This document shows positions 47,199 through 60,739 of a DNA stretch of 64,000 bases, piece by piece. Source of the stretch: Camelus dromedarius (lineage: Eukaryota); the NCBI RefSeq assembly GCF_036321535.1, contig NC_087436.1, positions 44,828,001 through 44,892,000 of the forward strand. Reading direction: 5' to 3'. Every line of letters starts with the position of its first letter. The first letter of the stretch is position 1. Position numbers and translations under genes: made by a program. The notes below the pieces were generated by a model. It worked only from the letters and a program-made list of their open reading frames with translations. It searched no databases and was not told the DNA's origin.

Positions 47199-50100
47199 GT
47201 CCTCTTCCATTAGGCTAATGGAGTTTGGGGAACATTAGAGTATCATTTCTAAACTCTTTTCCAATAACTTCTAGTAAAGTCCAGGCTGATTTTATTTTTC
47301 CTGTTATCACTTTTCATTTCCATATCTTTGTCTGTAGTATTAACACCTGTGAGCATATTTCATTACTCCAAATTAGCATCAACAACAAAATGAGGCAGAT
47401 GTAGCCATAAGCTTTTGAACAAGAAACATGGTAGAATCATGAATTCCAGGCAAATCCGTTTGCCCTATTTATATAGTTAGAAAAAGTAGAAGTTTCTATT
47501 TTTGTATGTTCCATCGGGTCGCTATAATTTCAAAGTCAAGAGGGTGCTCTATGGATCAAATTATGCTCCTGTCTCCAGGTGACCCAGAGACTTTATGCAC
47601 ACAGTGTGCCCTTGCCTATTACAATAGAAAGTTAGAGCGAATGAAGCAAACTAATGCTAGTAACTTGAATTTCAGGTTCCAGTAGGATTTGATACTACAT
47701 ATACCAGAGTCTGAAAACTTCAGTACTTCACAAAGTTGAATCATTTTCTCCTACACCTCATAGCAGCCATGAAGAAGTTAGATAGTTCTATTAATTAACG
47801 CCACCTCCCCAAGTAACTTCACAATTTAATGAAGATGGTAAAGGACCATCATTAATGCATAAACCATTTCTGTGTGACCTCTTCTCTGAACTCCTTCCGT
47901 CTGAAAGAGGTGAGTCTCTTCCATGGAATTATAAATACTAAATAATACATGTCCATGTAAAATGTGCCTTCTCAGGAACACTGTGATAGGCTAAGTACAA
48001 AACCATTTATGTACATTGAGATTACTGTCAATATCTAACCATGATTGTTGTGTCATTGAGAAAAAGAGGACGACGGGGAGACAGAATTCTGTTCTCCCGT
48101 TCGGGTGTAGGAAACTCACTGATCACTGTATCTCTTGGCTACTTTATATGTGCAATGACAGTAATACTCATGAAAAGTAACGTATGATCCGGGATTAAGT
48201 TTTTACAAATTTAAAATTTGGGGGACTATTCCTTCACCTGCCGTCATACTGCTTTAGAGCCGTTAAAAGATCACAGGAAAAGAAAACTCAGTATTGTTCT
48301 CTTCTTACCTATTTTTTGGCCATTCATTTTCTGAAAGAACTATGAAAGGGAAAGAAACAATAACAAACAATGCTACACTACACGGAAGTCAGGCACCCCT
48401 CCTGCCTAATTGAGAGGGAGATTTTCAGTAAAAAGAAAAATTTTGTCTGTTGATTGTAGCTACCTCTCATAATAAGTTTCAGATTATGTCACACTACAAC
48501 TCATTTTAATCCTTTCTCTTTTTTTCTAAAGGTGCCAAATTATAAATAAATCGCATAGGCTTGAATATGTATGTGAGCGTCCACCCTTCACAACTGCTCA
48601 AGCATCATAAAAAACTTTTGAGACAAGTTAAATTACAGACCGGTAGAGAAAGTGAGTGGGAAGTGAACTGAAGAAGCACAGGAAGCATTTCCGCCCTCTC
48701 ATTTAACAGTGGTTGTTTCTCTTTTGTTTCTCTCCTCAAATGCTCTCTCTTATATGTTTTAAGGAAATCACTTTGGCAGTGTGAGCGATGGTGAAACTTG
48801 AAAGTGATTAGACATCTGATCTGTACTTTAAAATCTTTTCTAAAAAGACAAATTAATTAACAGAAATTGAAATGCTCAGGCTTAATGATCTGAACTTAAA
48901 TTTAGAATTAATAAATATTCAAAACAGTTAAAGATGATTTGTAAAATGTGTGGCTCTGGGAATTTCTGGTTCTCAGTATTTGTAATGGCATTATTTTCCT
49001 ATTTCCAAGATTTTCTTATTAACATGCAAATAAATAGACACAATTTAGAGTAAAATACAAACAAAACAACACATACTATCTTATATTTCCATATCCATAA
49101 TTCTATATTTACAAACAATACATTTACCCATTTGTCTCATATATGAAGACTTAAGCTTTCTAGAGGATGAACCAAAACAAGAAACAGCAAAGGTGGACAA
49201 GCTATAATACGATTTTTCCATTTCATTTCTTAGCCCATTCAACAAATAGGTATTGAAACTTCCTGAAGGTGATACTAGGTAAGTGACTTTGGGAAATACT
49301 GATGAATAAGCAGAGCACTTGCCCTCACAGGCTCGTGGTGCATTTTCCATCTTCATGCCCTAAGTGCAGGCTTTTTATGAAGTATGGGCTGAGACAATCT
49401 AACTTAACATATTCATGTTCTCTGAGCTCAAAATACAGAAAAGATTTTGTTTTCCTTCAACTTGGGTGAGATCAGACCTTCTCTAGACAAGAACTAGATC
49501 AGGGTTTCAGAATCTGTGAAATGAGCTCAGGAGAAAAAATGATTCAATATCCTACACTCACAGAGGAAGTTCGCAGGAGGAGTCAGGTACCCAGTGTAGC
49601 CCAGGACTAGTAGGTCCTGAGCAGGGCTGCTCTAGCCCGTGGTGGGTACCCACAGCCAATTCTCGCCCAAAGTAAGCCTTCTCTGGCATCTTCCCTTACT
49701 TGGGGGAAGGAAAGAATGTTACAAAATACTGGTAAACATGAATATAATATTGCTGTGAGAAACAAAACAGTGAACAGATAATACAGTGTTTCACTGAGTG
49801 AACAATAAGAGGATAAAAGACATAAATCAACCCCAAGAGTATTTTTGCCAAAGATGTAAAGACGCACAGATTCCCGCATTAAAGTAAGATAGCTTAGTCC
49901 CCTGAATTCATTTAGTAACTCTTGGATTTCAAGCTATTATCTGGTATTATAAAAATAACTCCTTCCCTCTTTTCTCAATGCCAAAGATCTACCTGCTTTC
50001 TTTAAAGAAATGAAGTTGCAGACAATCAAGGGATTTGATCGTTTTCCACTGTCCTGGTTCAGAACAGTTCCATTAGCAAAATCATCCTAGAAATCTATTT

Positions 50101-50985
50101 GTGTATCTTGCTTCTACCATAAAAGGCCTATTGTTCCCTCTGTGTTTTGTTTTTGCTGTTCACTTCTTAGGCTTAATGAATTAATTTTTAATTATTTGCA
50201 ATTTAGCCATCCAAAATTGCTTAAACGCATGATTCATTCTCAGTCTTTTGTTCTATAGATAGTAAAAATAATCGCAATTCCATTTATCCTGCACTGCTAC
50301 TTTTGATTTCCCACAGCTACCTAAAGAAGTTCTGTGCACATAAAAACACAGAAAAATATTCTAATATGGTATAAATAAAAATGGAGGTGCAACCCTTGAA
50401 TCTCATTTTGAAACATTTTTATGCTCAACTGCCAGAAAGAGTAGGGAGGAACAATTAAGATGATACTGTAAAAAAAATCTAAGAAGACATATGAATTTCA
50501 TGACAGTCCAGAAAATCTAAACTATAAATTATTTAAGACATTTTATCCCAAAATGTAAGTTATATTTATCTAAAAGTGTATTATCAACACTTTTTCAAAG
50601 AGCTGAATCAACTCAGTGGTAATTGTCATAATGATAACTTCCCAACAATACCAAAGTATGTTCTGCATCACCCAAAACTAAAAGTACAATACAGATTAGC
50701 TTTTACATGTTTAATTACATTTCAATACTTTAATAATTAGTAGTCTGTCTTTGGAACTCATGCTAATTTAATATAGACCAGAAAAAAAATCAGTAATTAA
50801 AAGGATCAATTTCCCAGTCAACAGGGTCTACATTTTACAAAACAAAGGTAAAAAATCCTGTTCTCAAAAGTATTGATTTTTAAGATTTATTTATTAGAAT
50901 TCCAGAGCCATTTAAGCATTTGGGAAACTTTTCCTTTTTAGGACAACGAATTAATTGGTCAAATATTTAAATGTTTTTTTTTAAA

Positions 50986-51207
50986 GGAGGAAATGAGTTT
51001 GTGAAAGAGGTGAAGGGGATTAAAAGGCAAACTTCCAGTTGAATAACAATAAGTCATAGGGATGTAATATACAGCATAAGGAACATGGTCAATAACATTG
51101 TAATAACTTTGTGTGGGAACAGATGGCTACTAGGCTTATGGTGATTGTCCTATAATGTATGCAAATGTCAAATCATTACGTAGTACACCTGAAACCTTAA
51201 AAAAAAG
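50986..51207 (+). mobile_element. L1M 3' UTR fragment
   Basis: aaacttccagtt...aataagtcatagggatgtaatatacagcataaggaa...tagtacacctgaaac followed by an A-run. Confidence 0.8.
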
Positions 51208-51679
51208 ATGTTTTAAATTTATATAAGCATTTGAAACGTTTAAGATAATTTAAGTAACTAAGTTTGAAAATGAGACTGATTTTTAAAACAGGAATTTTGT
51301 GCTTTTAACTTGAGCTAATGAAATTTTAATCAAGAACCCCTTGAAAGATAACTGATCTATTTTTACATAAAAATATGTATTTTTAAAAATAGAATAAGGT
51401 TTGTAAAATTGAACATCGATGCTTAAGTAAAACTGAATTTTTAAATATGTATCATTAGGTAGGTAGTATAGGTTTGTTTTTTTTTTCTTCTTCTACTCAC
51501 AAACACACCTTGGGACACAGAGAAAACCCTCCTAAATGTTGGAAAATGTTAACTAGAAAATCATTCTTCAGATTCACCTGGGAATTTTTAAACTTACCTT
51601 CTCTGCAAAGCTTTGCTGACCATCCAGCAGAGTGGGTCATATCCTCTCTGTATTTCCATATTCCTTGTCACAGCCAGTG

Positions 51680-51838
51680 AGAAGGTATATAGATTAAGAG
51701 GACGAGTGTTAAAGTTAGACAGCCTAGTAACAAATCCCAGATGTGTCACTTACTGGCTGTGTGGTCTTGGACAGGTTATTCACCTGCTTTAAGGCACTAT
51801 TTCCTTAGAAAGAAGATAAATATAATAATGCCCACCTC

Positions 51839-51840
<2 letters not shown>
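51680..51840 (+). mobile_element. MIR SINE
   Basis: aaatcccag...cacttactggctgtgtggtcttggacaggtta. Confidence 0.7.
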
Positions 51841-51882
<42 letters not shown>

Positions 51883-51883
51883 A
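51841..51883. repeat. (AAAT)n microsatellite
   Basis: About 10 perfect units. Confidence 0.98.
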
Positions 51884-51994
51884 ACAATTTGGGCAAAAAT
51901 CTTCAGTTCAATGGTTGATATTGCTTTGATCTTTCAGCACTGTGTTTGTAGTTCTGATTTTAAGCTTCTCTGCTGACTGTTGATAGTCACAACA

Positions 51995-52225
51995 ACAGTA
52001 ATAGGTAACACTTTAATAGTGTTTATTCAAAGCCAGCCATTTTTCTAAGCATTTTGCATATATCAATTCATTTAATTCTCACAACAATTTATAATCCCCA
52101 TTTTACAGGAGAAGAAACAAAGGCCCCCCAAATGTTAAGTAGCTGATCCAAGTTCACTAGCTGGCACTTGGTAGAGTAGGCATTTGACCCAGGCAGGGTG
52201 ACTGTAGAGATTTTAGCCATGTTTT
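51995..52225 (-). mobile_element. MIR SINE
   Basis: ttctaagcattttgcatatatcaattcatttaattctcacaacaa...ccccattttacaggagaagaaac...tttgacccaggcag. Confidence 0.85.
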
Positions 52226-54830
52226 TAGGCACTACAATTGACTGCCTCCCTTTTAAAATAATTTAATTTGCCACTTCCTTATGATATATACTAAGGACAC
52301 AAAATTGACTAAGATGGAGTTATTTTTGAGTAGTTCACAGTATAGCAAGAAAAACAGGCATCTATTCATAATTATATCAAAATGCCAATGAAGGCAAGTC
52401 TTGGATCACTTTTCTCTTTCTCTTTCCTTCCACTGCTCAGATCTGCCATCCACTGGGCTGGCATTACTTTTGTCATATCCCTCAGCAATGCCTACATGCA
52501 AAAACAGATTAAGCACTTGGTGGATTCACTGATCACAAAACTAACAAGAGGTTCTTCTGAGCCAAGGATGGCACTACCACAGACCTACCAAAGCAAATAA
52601 TCAGAGACTCAGCATTACCATAAAAGATGCATTCAGGTACAGACTTTGCGGATTGGGCTCGTCCTTCAGAGTTTCCTCCAATTGTTGGAGTCCCCAGATA
52701 AAGACTGCCTGCCACATTAAATAAGGCCTCTGTCTGACTGAAGAACCAGTGGGGGAAAAAAATTCATAAGTATAAAACCACCACCACAACCAAAAAAAAA
52801 AAAAAAAAAGATATGAGAGTCTTTAGAATGATTCAGAGATATGCCTAAGGAAATGCTGACTTCTACTACCCTAGAAAGCCATCTAATACACAACCCGGCA
52901 GATAATGCCAGAACTACTGGGAGAATCGTATTTCTCATTGCACTTTGACTAGTGCCAGTGGGAAGACTTTGGACTAAGTCTATGAGTGATTGAATCCACT
53001 CTACTGCTGGGCTTCTAAGACACAGAAGTAGTAGGTGTTAAGGAAACATTATAAATATCCCCTTCTCCCCCTTGACACCTGAGCTGCTCTGTATTCTCCA
53101 ACGGAATAACCATTCTCAGGGTCATTGTCAACTTCAGGAGAAATGTTTAACTTTAATGGTCAGGAGCCTTCCTTTGGTTCATCCAGAAATAATCCAGCTT
53201 CTGATTGGTTCTGAGATATATGGGTGAGGGAAACAGCTGTTGTTACATAAACCTCACTAAGACATCTGCACTTCCTCTGCTTCTAATTATCTGGTACAGA
53301 TTGAGATGTGTATAAAGTTATTCCTTCGTGTCTTTGTTTTAATATCCACATTGTGCATGCAGCCATCCTTCCAGAATTAGTAGCTTCATTCGTGTTACCT
53401 TTGCAGCTGCATTCATTTTGCCTATCTACTCATGCCTAGAAGTTTCCTCAGTTGTTTTGGTTGTCTATTGCAGCATAACAATCTACCCCCAAATTTAGTG
53501 ATTTAAAACAAAAATTAGTTTATAATCTCTCATGGTTCTGTAGATTAACTGGAACTCAACGGGGCAGTTTTTCTGTTGAATTCTCTGGAATCTCTCATGC
53601 AGTTGCAGTCTGGGTTAGTCATTGGTGGCGCTCAGCTGAGGTGCTGGACACTAGGATGCCTAAGCCTCTCTCCTGGCCACACTGTCAAGCCCTCATCTCC
53701 ATGTATATGTTCTTCTCACATGAAGGTCCCTTGTTACCCCAAGTACAAAAGCTGAAACTCCTAGGCCCCCTTAAGACTTGGGACTGAAACTCTACCCAAG
53801 TCCAATGCCAACCCAAGTTTAATGGGTGGGAAGAGTGACTCTTGATGGGGAGTGTGACAAAGAATTTGTGGCTATCTTTCATCTCACTGGCAACAAATTA
53901 TTTACATCCCTCCCACCCCTCCTGATAATCATTTACATTCCAGCAAAATATATACACCTCTTCACAAGGCCATCAAAAGTTTCACCCCTTTACAGAATCA
54001 GTCTTAAAGTCGAAAATCACTTTATCTAAATCAGACTCACATGTCATTTAGAGTCCTCATGTGTACCTCTCTCAAGCTGAAGACCTGTAAACTAAAGAGA
54101 CAATTTATCTGTGTCACCTCCTGACATACTAAAGATGCAATGGAGGTACATGGTCTAGTGGAGCTGCAGTGGACATGCTCATTAAAAAAGGGGTGGGAGG
54201 GTAATGCAGGCAAATAAGAGTATCTGGTCTGTAGAAATTCTGAAACACAATTGAGCAAATGTTGCCAGCTCTCTGATCAGAACCCACCCTCTAAGCCCTG
54301 TGATGGTTCGCACTGGTTTTCACTGCCACTCTCTGGGCTGTTGCTTCTATGCTCTCAGTCAGCCTTCATTTTGACAAGCAATGGCCTGTGTTTGCAACGC
54401 AGTCCCTTTCCATGCTTGCTTTCTCTTTGTAAGAATTGGGACCACAAAGCCTCCTTTGTTTGGAACTACATTCATTCCTTTTAGTCCAAACAGTTATAAT
54501 ATCTTGTAAAACACTATGGGCTTCCTGTGTATCAAATTGTACTATAATCTGTCAGACAAATGTAAAAACCAAAAATCTCTCACAGAGGTTCTTCTTTCCC
54601 TCAGGCTGAGAGTCACAGTACTATGAGGAAACATACTCAAGATTCTTAAAAACCTGATTTTCTTTCTCCACCATAGAGGTTTAAGAGGCATGCATTAAGA
54701 TTCTTTGAAGCCTTTCTGTCTAGCTCTGTGCAGCAAGATATGACCCATGAACCAAATCCAACCCACAGCCTGTTTTTTATTAGGCCTGCAAGCAAGCTAA
54801 TACCAGCTTTTAAATTTTTAAAGGATTGTG

Positions 54831-54833
54831 AAA

Positions 54834-54888
<55 letters not shown>

Positions 54889-54889
54889 A
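54831..54889. repeat. (AAAT)n microsatellite
   Basis: About 14 units at the MER58/L1 junction. Confidence 0.97.
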
Positions 54890-55113
54890 AACAGTACACT
54901 GAAAACTAGCAACCATTGTTGGACTAAATTAAAGAAGTCCTAAATAAATGTCATGGCATCTTGTGTTCATTGGTTGGAAGACTTAATATTGTTGCGGAGG
55001 TAACTCTACCCAAAGTGATCTACACATTCAGTTCAATTCCAATAAAAAATCCCAAACAGCCTTTTTGGCACGAATGGGAAAGCTCATCCTAAAATTGTAA
55101 GGGCTCCCAAATA

Positions 55114-55118
55114 GTATA

Positions 55119-55189
<71 letters not shown>

Positions 55190-55290
55190 ATGTATATGTA
55201 TATGTATATATGTGTGTGTATGTGTATATATATGTATATGTATATATGTGTGTGTATGTGTATATATATGTATATATATATATGTGTGTG
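55114..55290. repeat. Compound (TATATG)n/(TA)n/(TG)n microsatellite
   Basis: Direct reading; source of the MYMYMY/IHIHIH ORFs. Confidence 0.97.
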
Positions 55291-55636
55291 ACCTGGTAGC
55301 TCAAGCTGAAGACCCATGAAATCTAGTTCCAGTCCAAGTCTTGGCCTGAGGACAAGGATTGCCAATATCTGAGAGTCTAAGAAGACAAATGCCCCAGCTC
55401 ATACTGTCAGGGTGAGAGAGAGACTTCTCCCTTCCTCTGCATTTTTCTTTTCAGCTCCTCAGCGGATTGCATGATGCCCACCCACACTGGAGAGAGCAAT
55501 CTGCTTTACTTGGTCTACCAATTCAAATGCTAATCTCTTCTGAAAACACTTCATAGACACACCCAGAAATAATGTTAACCAGATATCTGGGCATCGCTTG
55601 CCCCAGCCAGGTTAACATATAAAATTCACTGTCACA
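55290..55636 (-). mobile_element. MLT2 (ERVL) LTR
   Basis: Right end reverse-complements to TGTGACAGTGAATTTTATATGTTAACCTGGCTGGG (MLT2 5' end); gatgcccacccacactgg...aatctgctttact...agacacacccagaaataatg. Confidence 0.88.
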
Positions 55637-57294
55637 CTCACACTTTCCTATTTCAAACTTACCACAAACCTACAGTAATCGAAGCAGTGTGTACGGGAAT
55701 AATGATAGACATAAAACTCAGTGGAAATGAATTGAGAGTCTAGAAATAAACCCATACATCTATGGTCAGTTGACTTTCAACAAGGGTTCCACTATCATCA
55801 GATGGCAAAAAGGAAAAAGACCTCTTCAACTAATGGTGCTGAGACAACTAGATAACCACATACAAAACAATGAAGTTAGAGTCCTGTTCCATGCTGTCTA
55901 TAAAAACTAACTCAAAATAGACCAAATGTAAATAAGAACTAAAAATATAAAACTCTTACAAGAAAACAGGGCTAAATCTTACTGACATTGGGTTTGGCAG
56001 GGGTTTCTTAGATTTGACATCAGAAAGACAAGTAACAAAAGAAAAATACTTAAGCTGGGCTTCTTCAAAATTTAAAACATTTGTGCATCAAAGCATACTA
56101 TCAATAGGCAAAATTACGACATACAGAATGGGGAAAAATTTACAAATTATAAATTTAATAAGAGTTTAATATTCAGAATCTGTAAAGAACTACTATGACT
56201 CCACAACAAAGAGACAAGCAACCTAATTTAAAAATGGGGAAAGGACTTAAAGACATATTTTACTAAAAAAGTTTATGAATGGCAACAAGCACATTAAAAT
56301 TAAGTTCAGCATCCTTAGTCATTAGGGAACCACAAATCAAAACCACAATAGGATACCATTCTATGCTCTCTATGATGGTTTTAATTTAAATAAATAAATA
56401 AAACCAAAAAATAACAAATGCTGGTGAGGACATGGAGAAAGCAGAAAACTTGTATATTGGTGGTGAGAATGTAAACAGTGGAAAACAATTAAGCAGCCTG
56501 GCAAAAATTAAACAGAATTGCCATATGACCCAGTGATTCCACTCCTGGGTTCATACCCAAAGGAACTGAAAACAAGAATTTAAAGGAAAATGTGTATATG
56601 GATGCTCATAGCAGCATTATTCACAACAGCCAAAAGGTGAGACAGCTCAAGTATCAATGAACAGATGGATGGATAAACAGAATGTGGTATAACTGTACAA
56701 TGAAATATTTATTGTTCAACTATAAAAAGGAATGAAATACTGATACACACTGGGATGATCCTTGGAAGCATTATGTTAAGCAAAAGAAAAGAGATCCAAA
56801 ATACCACATAATTTATGGCTCCATTTACATAAAATATTCACAAAGGAAAATCCATAGACTCAGACAGTGGTTGTCAGAGGCAGGGAGGAGGAGGGACTTG
56901 GGAGTGACTGCTTAGTGAGTGTGAGTTTTCCTTTCAGGGTGATAAAATATTCTGAAGCTAGATAGTGGTGATGGTCACACAACGCAGTGTGCTAAATGTC
57001 ACTAATAGTAAATTTCCTGTTCTGTATCTTATGTTACAGAAAACAAACAAACAAAGAATATGAGACATGGATCTTATGGAGTCTGAAAAACTTATAACAT
57101 TTACTATTTGGCCCTTTCCAGAAAAAAAATTTCCAATCCATGGTCTACTTGAGCGGGTCTACCACTCATGTTGTAATTATTTTTGAGGTCTTAGCAAATA
57201 ATCTTGAACTGTTTACCCTAAGACAATTTATTACTGGTACCACCTTAATTTTCTTCTTTTGAGAGTCTTTTGCTGGATGGTTGAAAAGCTGGAA

Positions 57295-57537
57295 ATGAGG
57301 GGGTAGGAAGGGATAAATTTGGGAATTTGAGATTTGCAATTACCCACTATATATAAAATAGATTAAAACAAATTTCTTCTGTATAGCACAGGGAACTATA
57401 GTCAATATCTTGTAATAAACTTTAATGAAAAAGAATATGAAAATGAATATATGTGTATATATATACATGGCTGGGACATTATATACACCAGAAATTGGCA
57501 CATCATAACTGACTGTACTTGAATTATAAAAAAAAAT
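57295..57537 (+). mobile_element. Artiodactyl-type L1 3' UTR fragment with A-tail
   Basis: gggataaatttggga...ctgtatagcacagggaactatagtcaatatcttgtaataa...acaccagaaattggcaca; related to the 3' UTR of the 40357-41197 copy. Confidence 0.88.
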
Positions 57538-57755
57538 TAAAATTTTAATTTAGCATATAACTGTCTCAGAAATGCTTCCTCTAGATTTTGCTTGAAAACT
57601 GAACAGTTTTTCTTTTGTTCATATTTCTTGTTTCTAAATCTTAAAATACACAACTAAAAGAAGTCAGCTGACTTTTTTAACAGACTTTATGAATCGTTTC
57701 CTTACGGCCATTTCAGCTTCCCTGCTCCCAACTGGTCCCAAATAAATACTGTAAT

Positions 57756-57757
<2 letters not shown>

Positions 57758-57799
<42 letters not shown>
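57758..57799. repeat. (GT)n microsatellite
   Basis: About 21 units with one gc interruption. Confidence 0.98.
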
Positions 57800-57801
<2 letters not shown>

Positions 57802-58419
57802 CATCACCGCACTTCCAGCTTGACTGGATCCAGGTAGACAATTATCATGTGGGTTTGCAGTTGAAGTCAGGTAGTGGTTGGGCTAGACACACAAGATAAC
57901 TTCTCTCATGTCTGGTACCTTATCTGGAATGTTGGAAGAGCAGGGTGCTGGCTGGGCGTCTCCCTCTCTCTCCACTTCTCCATCTCTCCCCCTCTCCATC
58001 TCTCACTCTCTCTCTCTCTCCCCCTCTCCCCTCTCTTCACATAGCTAGTGTGGGCTTTCTCAGAGCACAGTGGTCTCAGTGTGATCGACCTAACTTGGTG
58101 GCTAGCTGCCCTCAGAATGAGTATCTATGTGAGCCATTTGAAAATTACAAGATTCTTTATGACCTAGCCTTGGAAGCCATGCAGTCTTTTTTGTGCAAAA
58201 GTCTAGTGATCAAAAGCAAGTGACAGGGCCAGCTCAGATTTAAGGGGAAGAAACTGCTCGTTGGCATGGAATCTGGCAGTGACGGTTCATTGAGGAGGAG
58301 AGCATCTGTGAAGACCAGCCACCATATTCACCTACACATTTAACTGGAAGTCTAAATCATGGGTATGCTTTCTTGATTAAAATAAGATTTGTGTGAGGAA
58401 ATAAATGAATAAATAACCT

Positions 58420-58780
58420 ACAGTGAGAAGTTCAGTAATAGACATTTAAGCAAATGCTCAGTGGCCACATGAAGGAAGAAGGGAATAGTTCTGCCTTAGA
58501 GAATCAGAGAAAGTCTGTATAGGAATGACAAAATCTGACCTGAATTTTGAAGAATGACTATGCATTTTACAGAGAGAGAACGGGAAATGTATTCATAAGC
58601 AGAAGGAACAGGGTAAGCTCACACTGAGATGAGGAAGCACGCGATGGGGCCCAGAAATGCCAAGTACTCCGACATAATTACAGTGCACATTTGGCCAAGA
58701 TGAGGCTGACAGCACCGATGGGGACCTCCACAAAAAAGGATCCTGTGGATGCATCTGCCTGGGAAATTATACATGTTTTC
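58420..58780 (-). mobile_element. L2 fragment
   Basis: gaatcagagaaagtct...ctgacctgaattttgaagaatga...attcataagcagaaggaacag. Confidence 0.6.
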
Positions 58781-60739
58781 CTATAGTTCTCTTATTAGTT
58801 CCTAATGAATCTTCAAATACTGGGGGCTCTCAGTAGTTTTGCAATAAAGAAATCCATTTAACTCCAAGAAACTTTCCAATATATTTGAATAGAGAATGCT
58901 TTTTTGATACAACAGTCACAAATCATTCCTCCAACCCTTTATTTTACGAAACATCTTTAGGGAACCATTTATGGCTCAAAAGCAAGTGAGAGAGATGCTA
59001 AGATGTTCATTATTGCAAAAAACTCCGGGACTATTTTGGATGGCTTTAAAGGGAACAAGCCTGGAATGAAGGAGTCTAGCTGGAATATAAGAAGAAAATG
59101 GAGACCTGAATGAAGAAGGCGACACTGGAAACGGGGGTGTGGGCAATGAGCACATCACCTGTAGTAACTGAGGGAGCTCTCGTGTAGAAATATGAGCACC
59201 GCAGGTCCCAGGATAGGATGCTGCTATCATTCTTCCTAATGGACATGTTATCCAATTATGTAGCTGTATCATTTCGTACTGACTTGAACCAAAGGATTAA
59301 AATGAAATTTAAAAGAAATTATATATCACATACAACCTGTCTACACTACACTGAGCTTATTGTTGGCTCAGGCCAAAGGACCAGAGAAAATGAATTATCT
59401 ACTTCCTACTGGCCAATAAAATGAAGCATAGCTGTTAGCTGGAGGTTTTTTTTATGCCAAACTTTGTTTTTCTGCAGCTCCTAAATTCCAGCAGAAATTT
59501 ATCATGTAGTTCTGTGCTCAGGGGGAGTTGAACTACAGAATAAATAGCGTCATAAAGGCTTATTTTGCAGGAGATGCAGGCATTCTTTTTCAGGTTTTAT
59601 TTTTTTTCTTATGTGTGAAGTTTAAAATACATACTAAAATGTTCTTCTACAGAGGGTTGACATTATGATTTTCAGGGGCTGGGTTACATGACATTCTACA
59701 GCGACAGGGTGGCCTTACTAATGTCTATACCTTTAGAAATTGGGAGTGCAGCTTAGAAACTAAACCTGGAACAAAGTAAGAGCAGCATATACATAGGGCC
59801 TTAAAAAAAAACACACACACACAAACACAAACCTGCTGGCCCAATTTCAGAAACCGTGGGCAATTATTTACAGGCACAGGTACAGTTTACCAAGCTCCTG
59901 TGTTGCTCATTTGCGTCTCTGACGTTATGCTACTGGCTCAGCACCTGTGGACGTTTGCATGCACATCTTTTACAGCCAAATTTTCTGTGGGGCAGAGGGA
60001 AACATCCATGGAAAAGGAAACTCAGCTGAGAGGAGGTGGAGAAAGACAGTTTGGTCACTTCACTGCTCAGACACAAAGGCATTTATTTAAGTCTCTGTAA
60101 AACCTTGCTTCCAAGAGCCAAATGCATTATGTAATTTGCTTTATGCTGTCCGTTTCTATTTGCAAAGGAATCACATATTTCCAACTTCTTCATTGCTAAG
60201 ATAAAAACCATGGTAACGTTATAGACATTCTATTATTGTAAGTACATGGTAAGTACAAAGTGCCCGTAGTGAAGTTTTACATCTCATGAGATAGCCTCAC
60301 TAAGATTTTTGTAGAAATGATCATAACCATTATATCCAGATTTAGAGAGACTAAATAGACGTCAGTCCATATCCACATCAAGATAAGGTTTCAGAACTAT
60401 CTAAACCATCACTCATTTTCATACTCTATTGCTAATAACAATGACAAGAACGACAAAGCATTCCTCAAAGCAAAGTTCCATGACATTAAATGTAAATGAG
60501 ATATCATCCATAAAATATTTTGCACCTGCCTAGCACATAATGAATAACCAGTAACAATGAACTTTTACGTTATAAGATGAGAAAAAAAAATAAATGTGGG
60601 TGGAAAATGAGTAGTTTTGGTCACAAGATGAAAAATTCCAGTGGAGAGAAGGACTCTGTTCACCTGTAAACAACTAAGTTACTGGTATGTTTATATTCAA
60701 GGCCAAAATGTTGTAAATAGGTTTGATTCCACTATCATT

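Larger units (their letters stand above)
54890..57040 (+). mobile_element. L1MB-like LINE (ORF2 3' half plus 3' UTR), interrupted by MLT2
   Basis: ggttggaagacttaatattgtt, acagtaatcgaagcagtgtg, gaattgagagtctagaaataaacccatacatctatggtca, ccatatgacccagtgattccactcctggg; many stops and frameshifts. Confidence 0.9.
54726..57142 (+). mobile_element. MER58 (C-like) hAT DNA transposon split in two (54726-~54830 and ~57040-57142)
   Basis: 5' half cagcaagatatgacccatgaaccaaatccaacccacagcctgttttt; 3' half atttactatttggccctttccagaaaa...ccatg; 8-bp TSD gtctagct/gtctactt. Confidence 0.8.
53452..58326 (-). mobile_element. MaLR complex: MLT1H-like LTR (~53452-53892), probable MLT-int pieces and a second MLT1 LTR (~57810-58326), heavily interrupted
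   Basis: Antisense MLT1 LTR ends (tctattgcagcataacaa...ccaaatttagtgatttaaaacaa; ttatgacctagccttggaag...gggccagctcagatttaagggg); whether both LTRs belong to one provirus is uncertain. Confidence 0.6.

Noticed and set aside
55084..55365. ORFs with MYMYMY / IHIHIH / YTYTYT repeats
   Set aside because: Translations of a compound microsatellite
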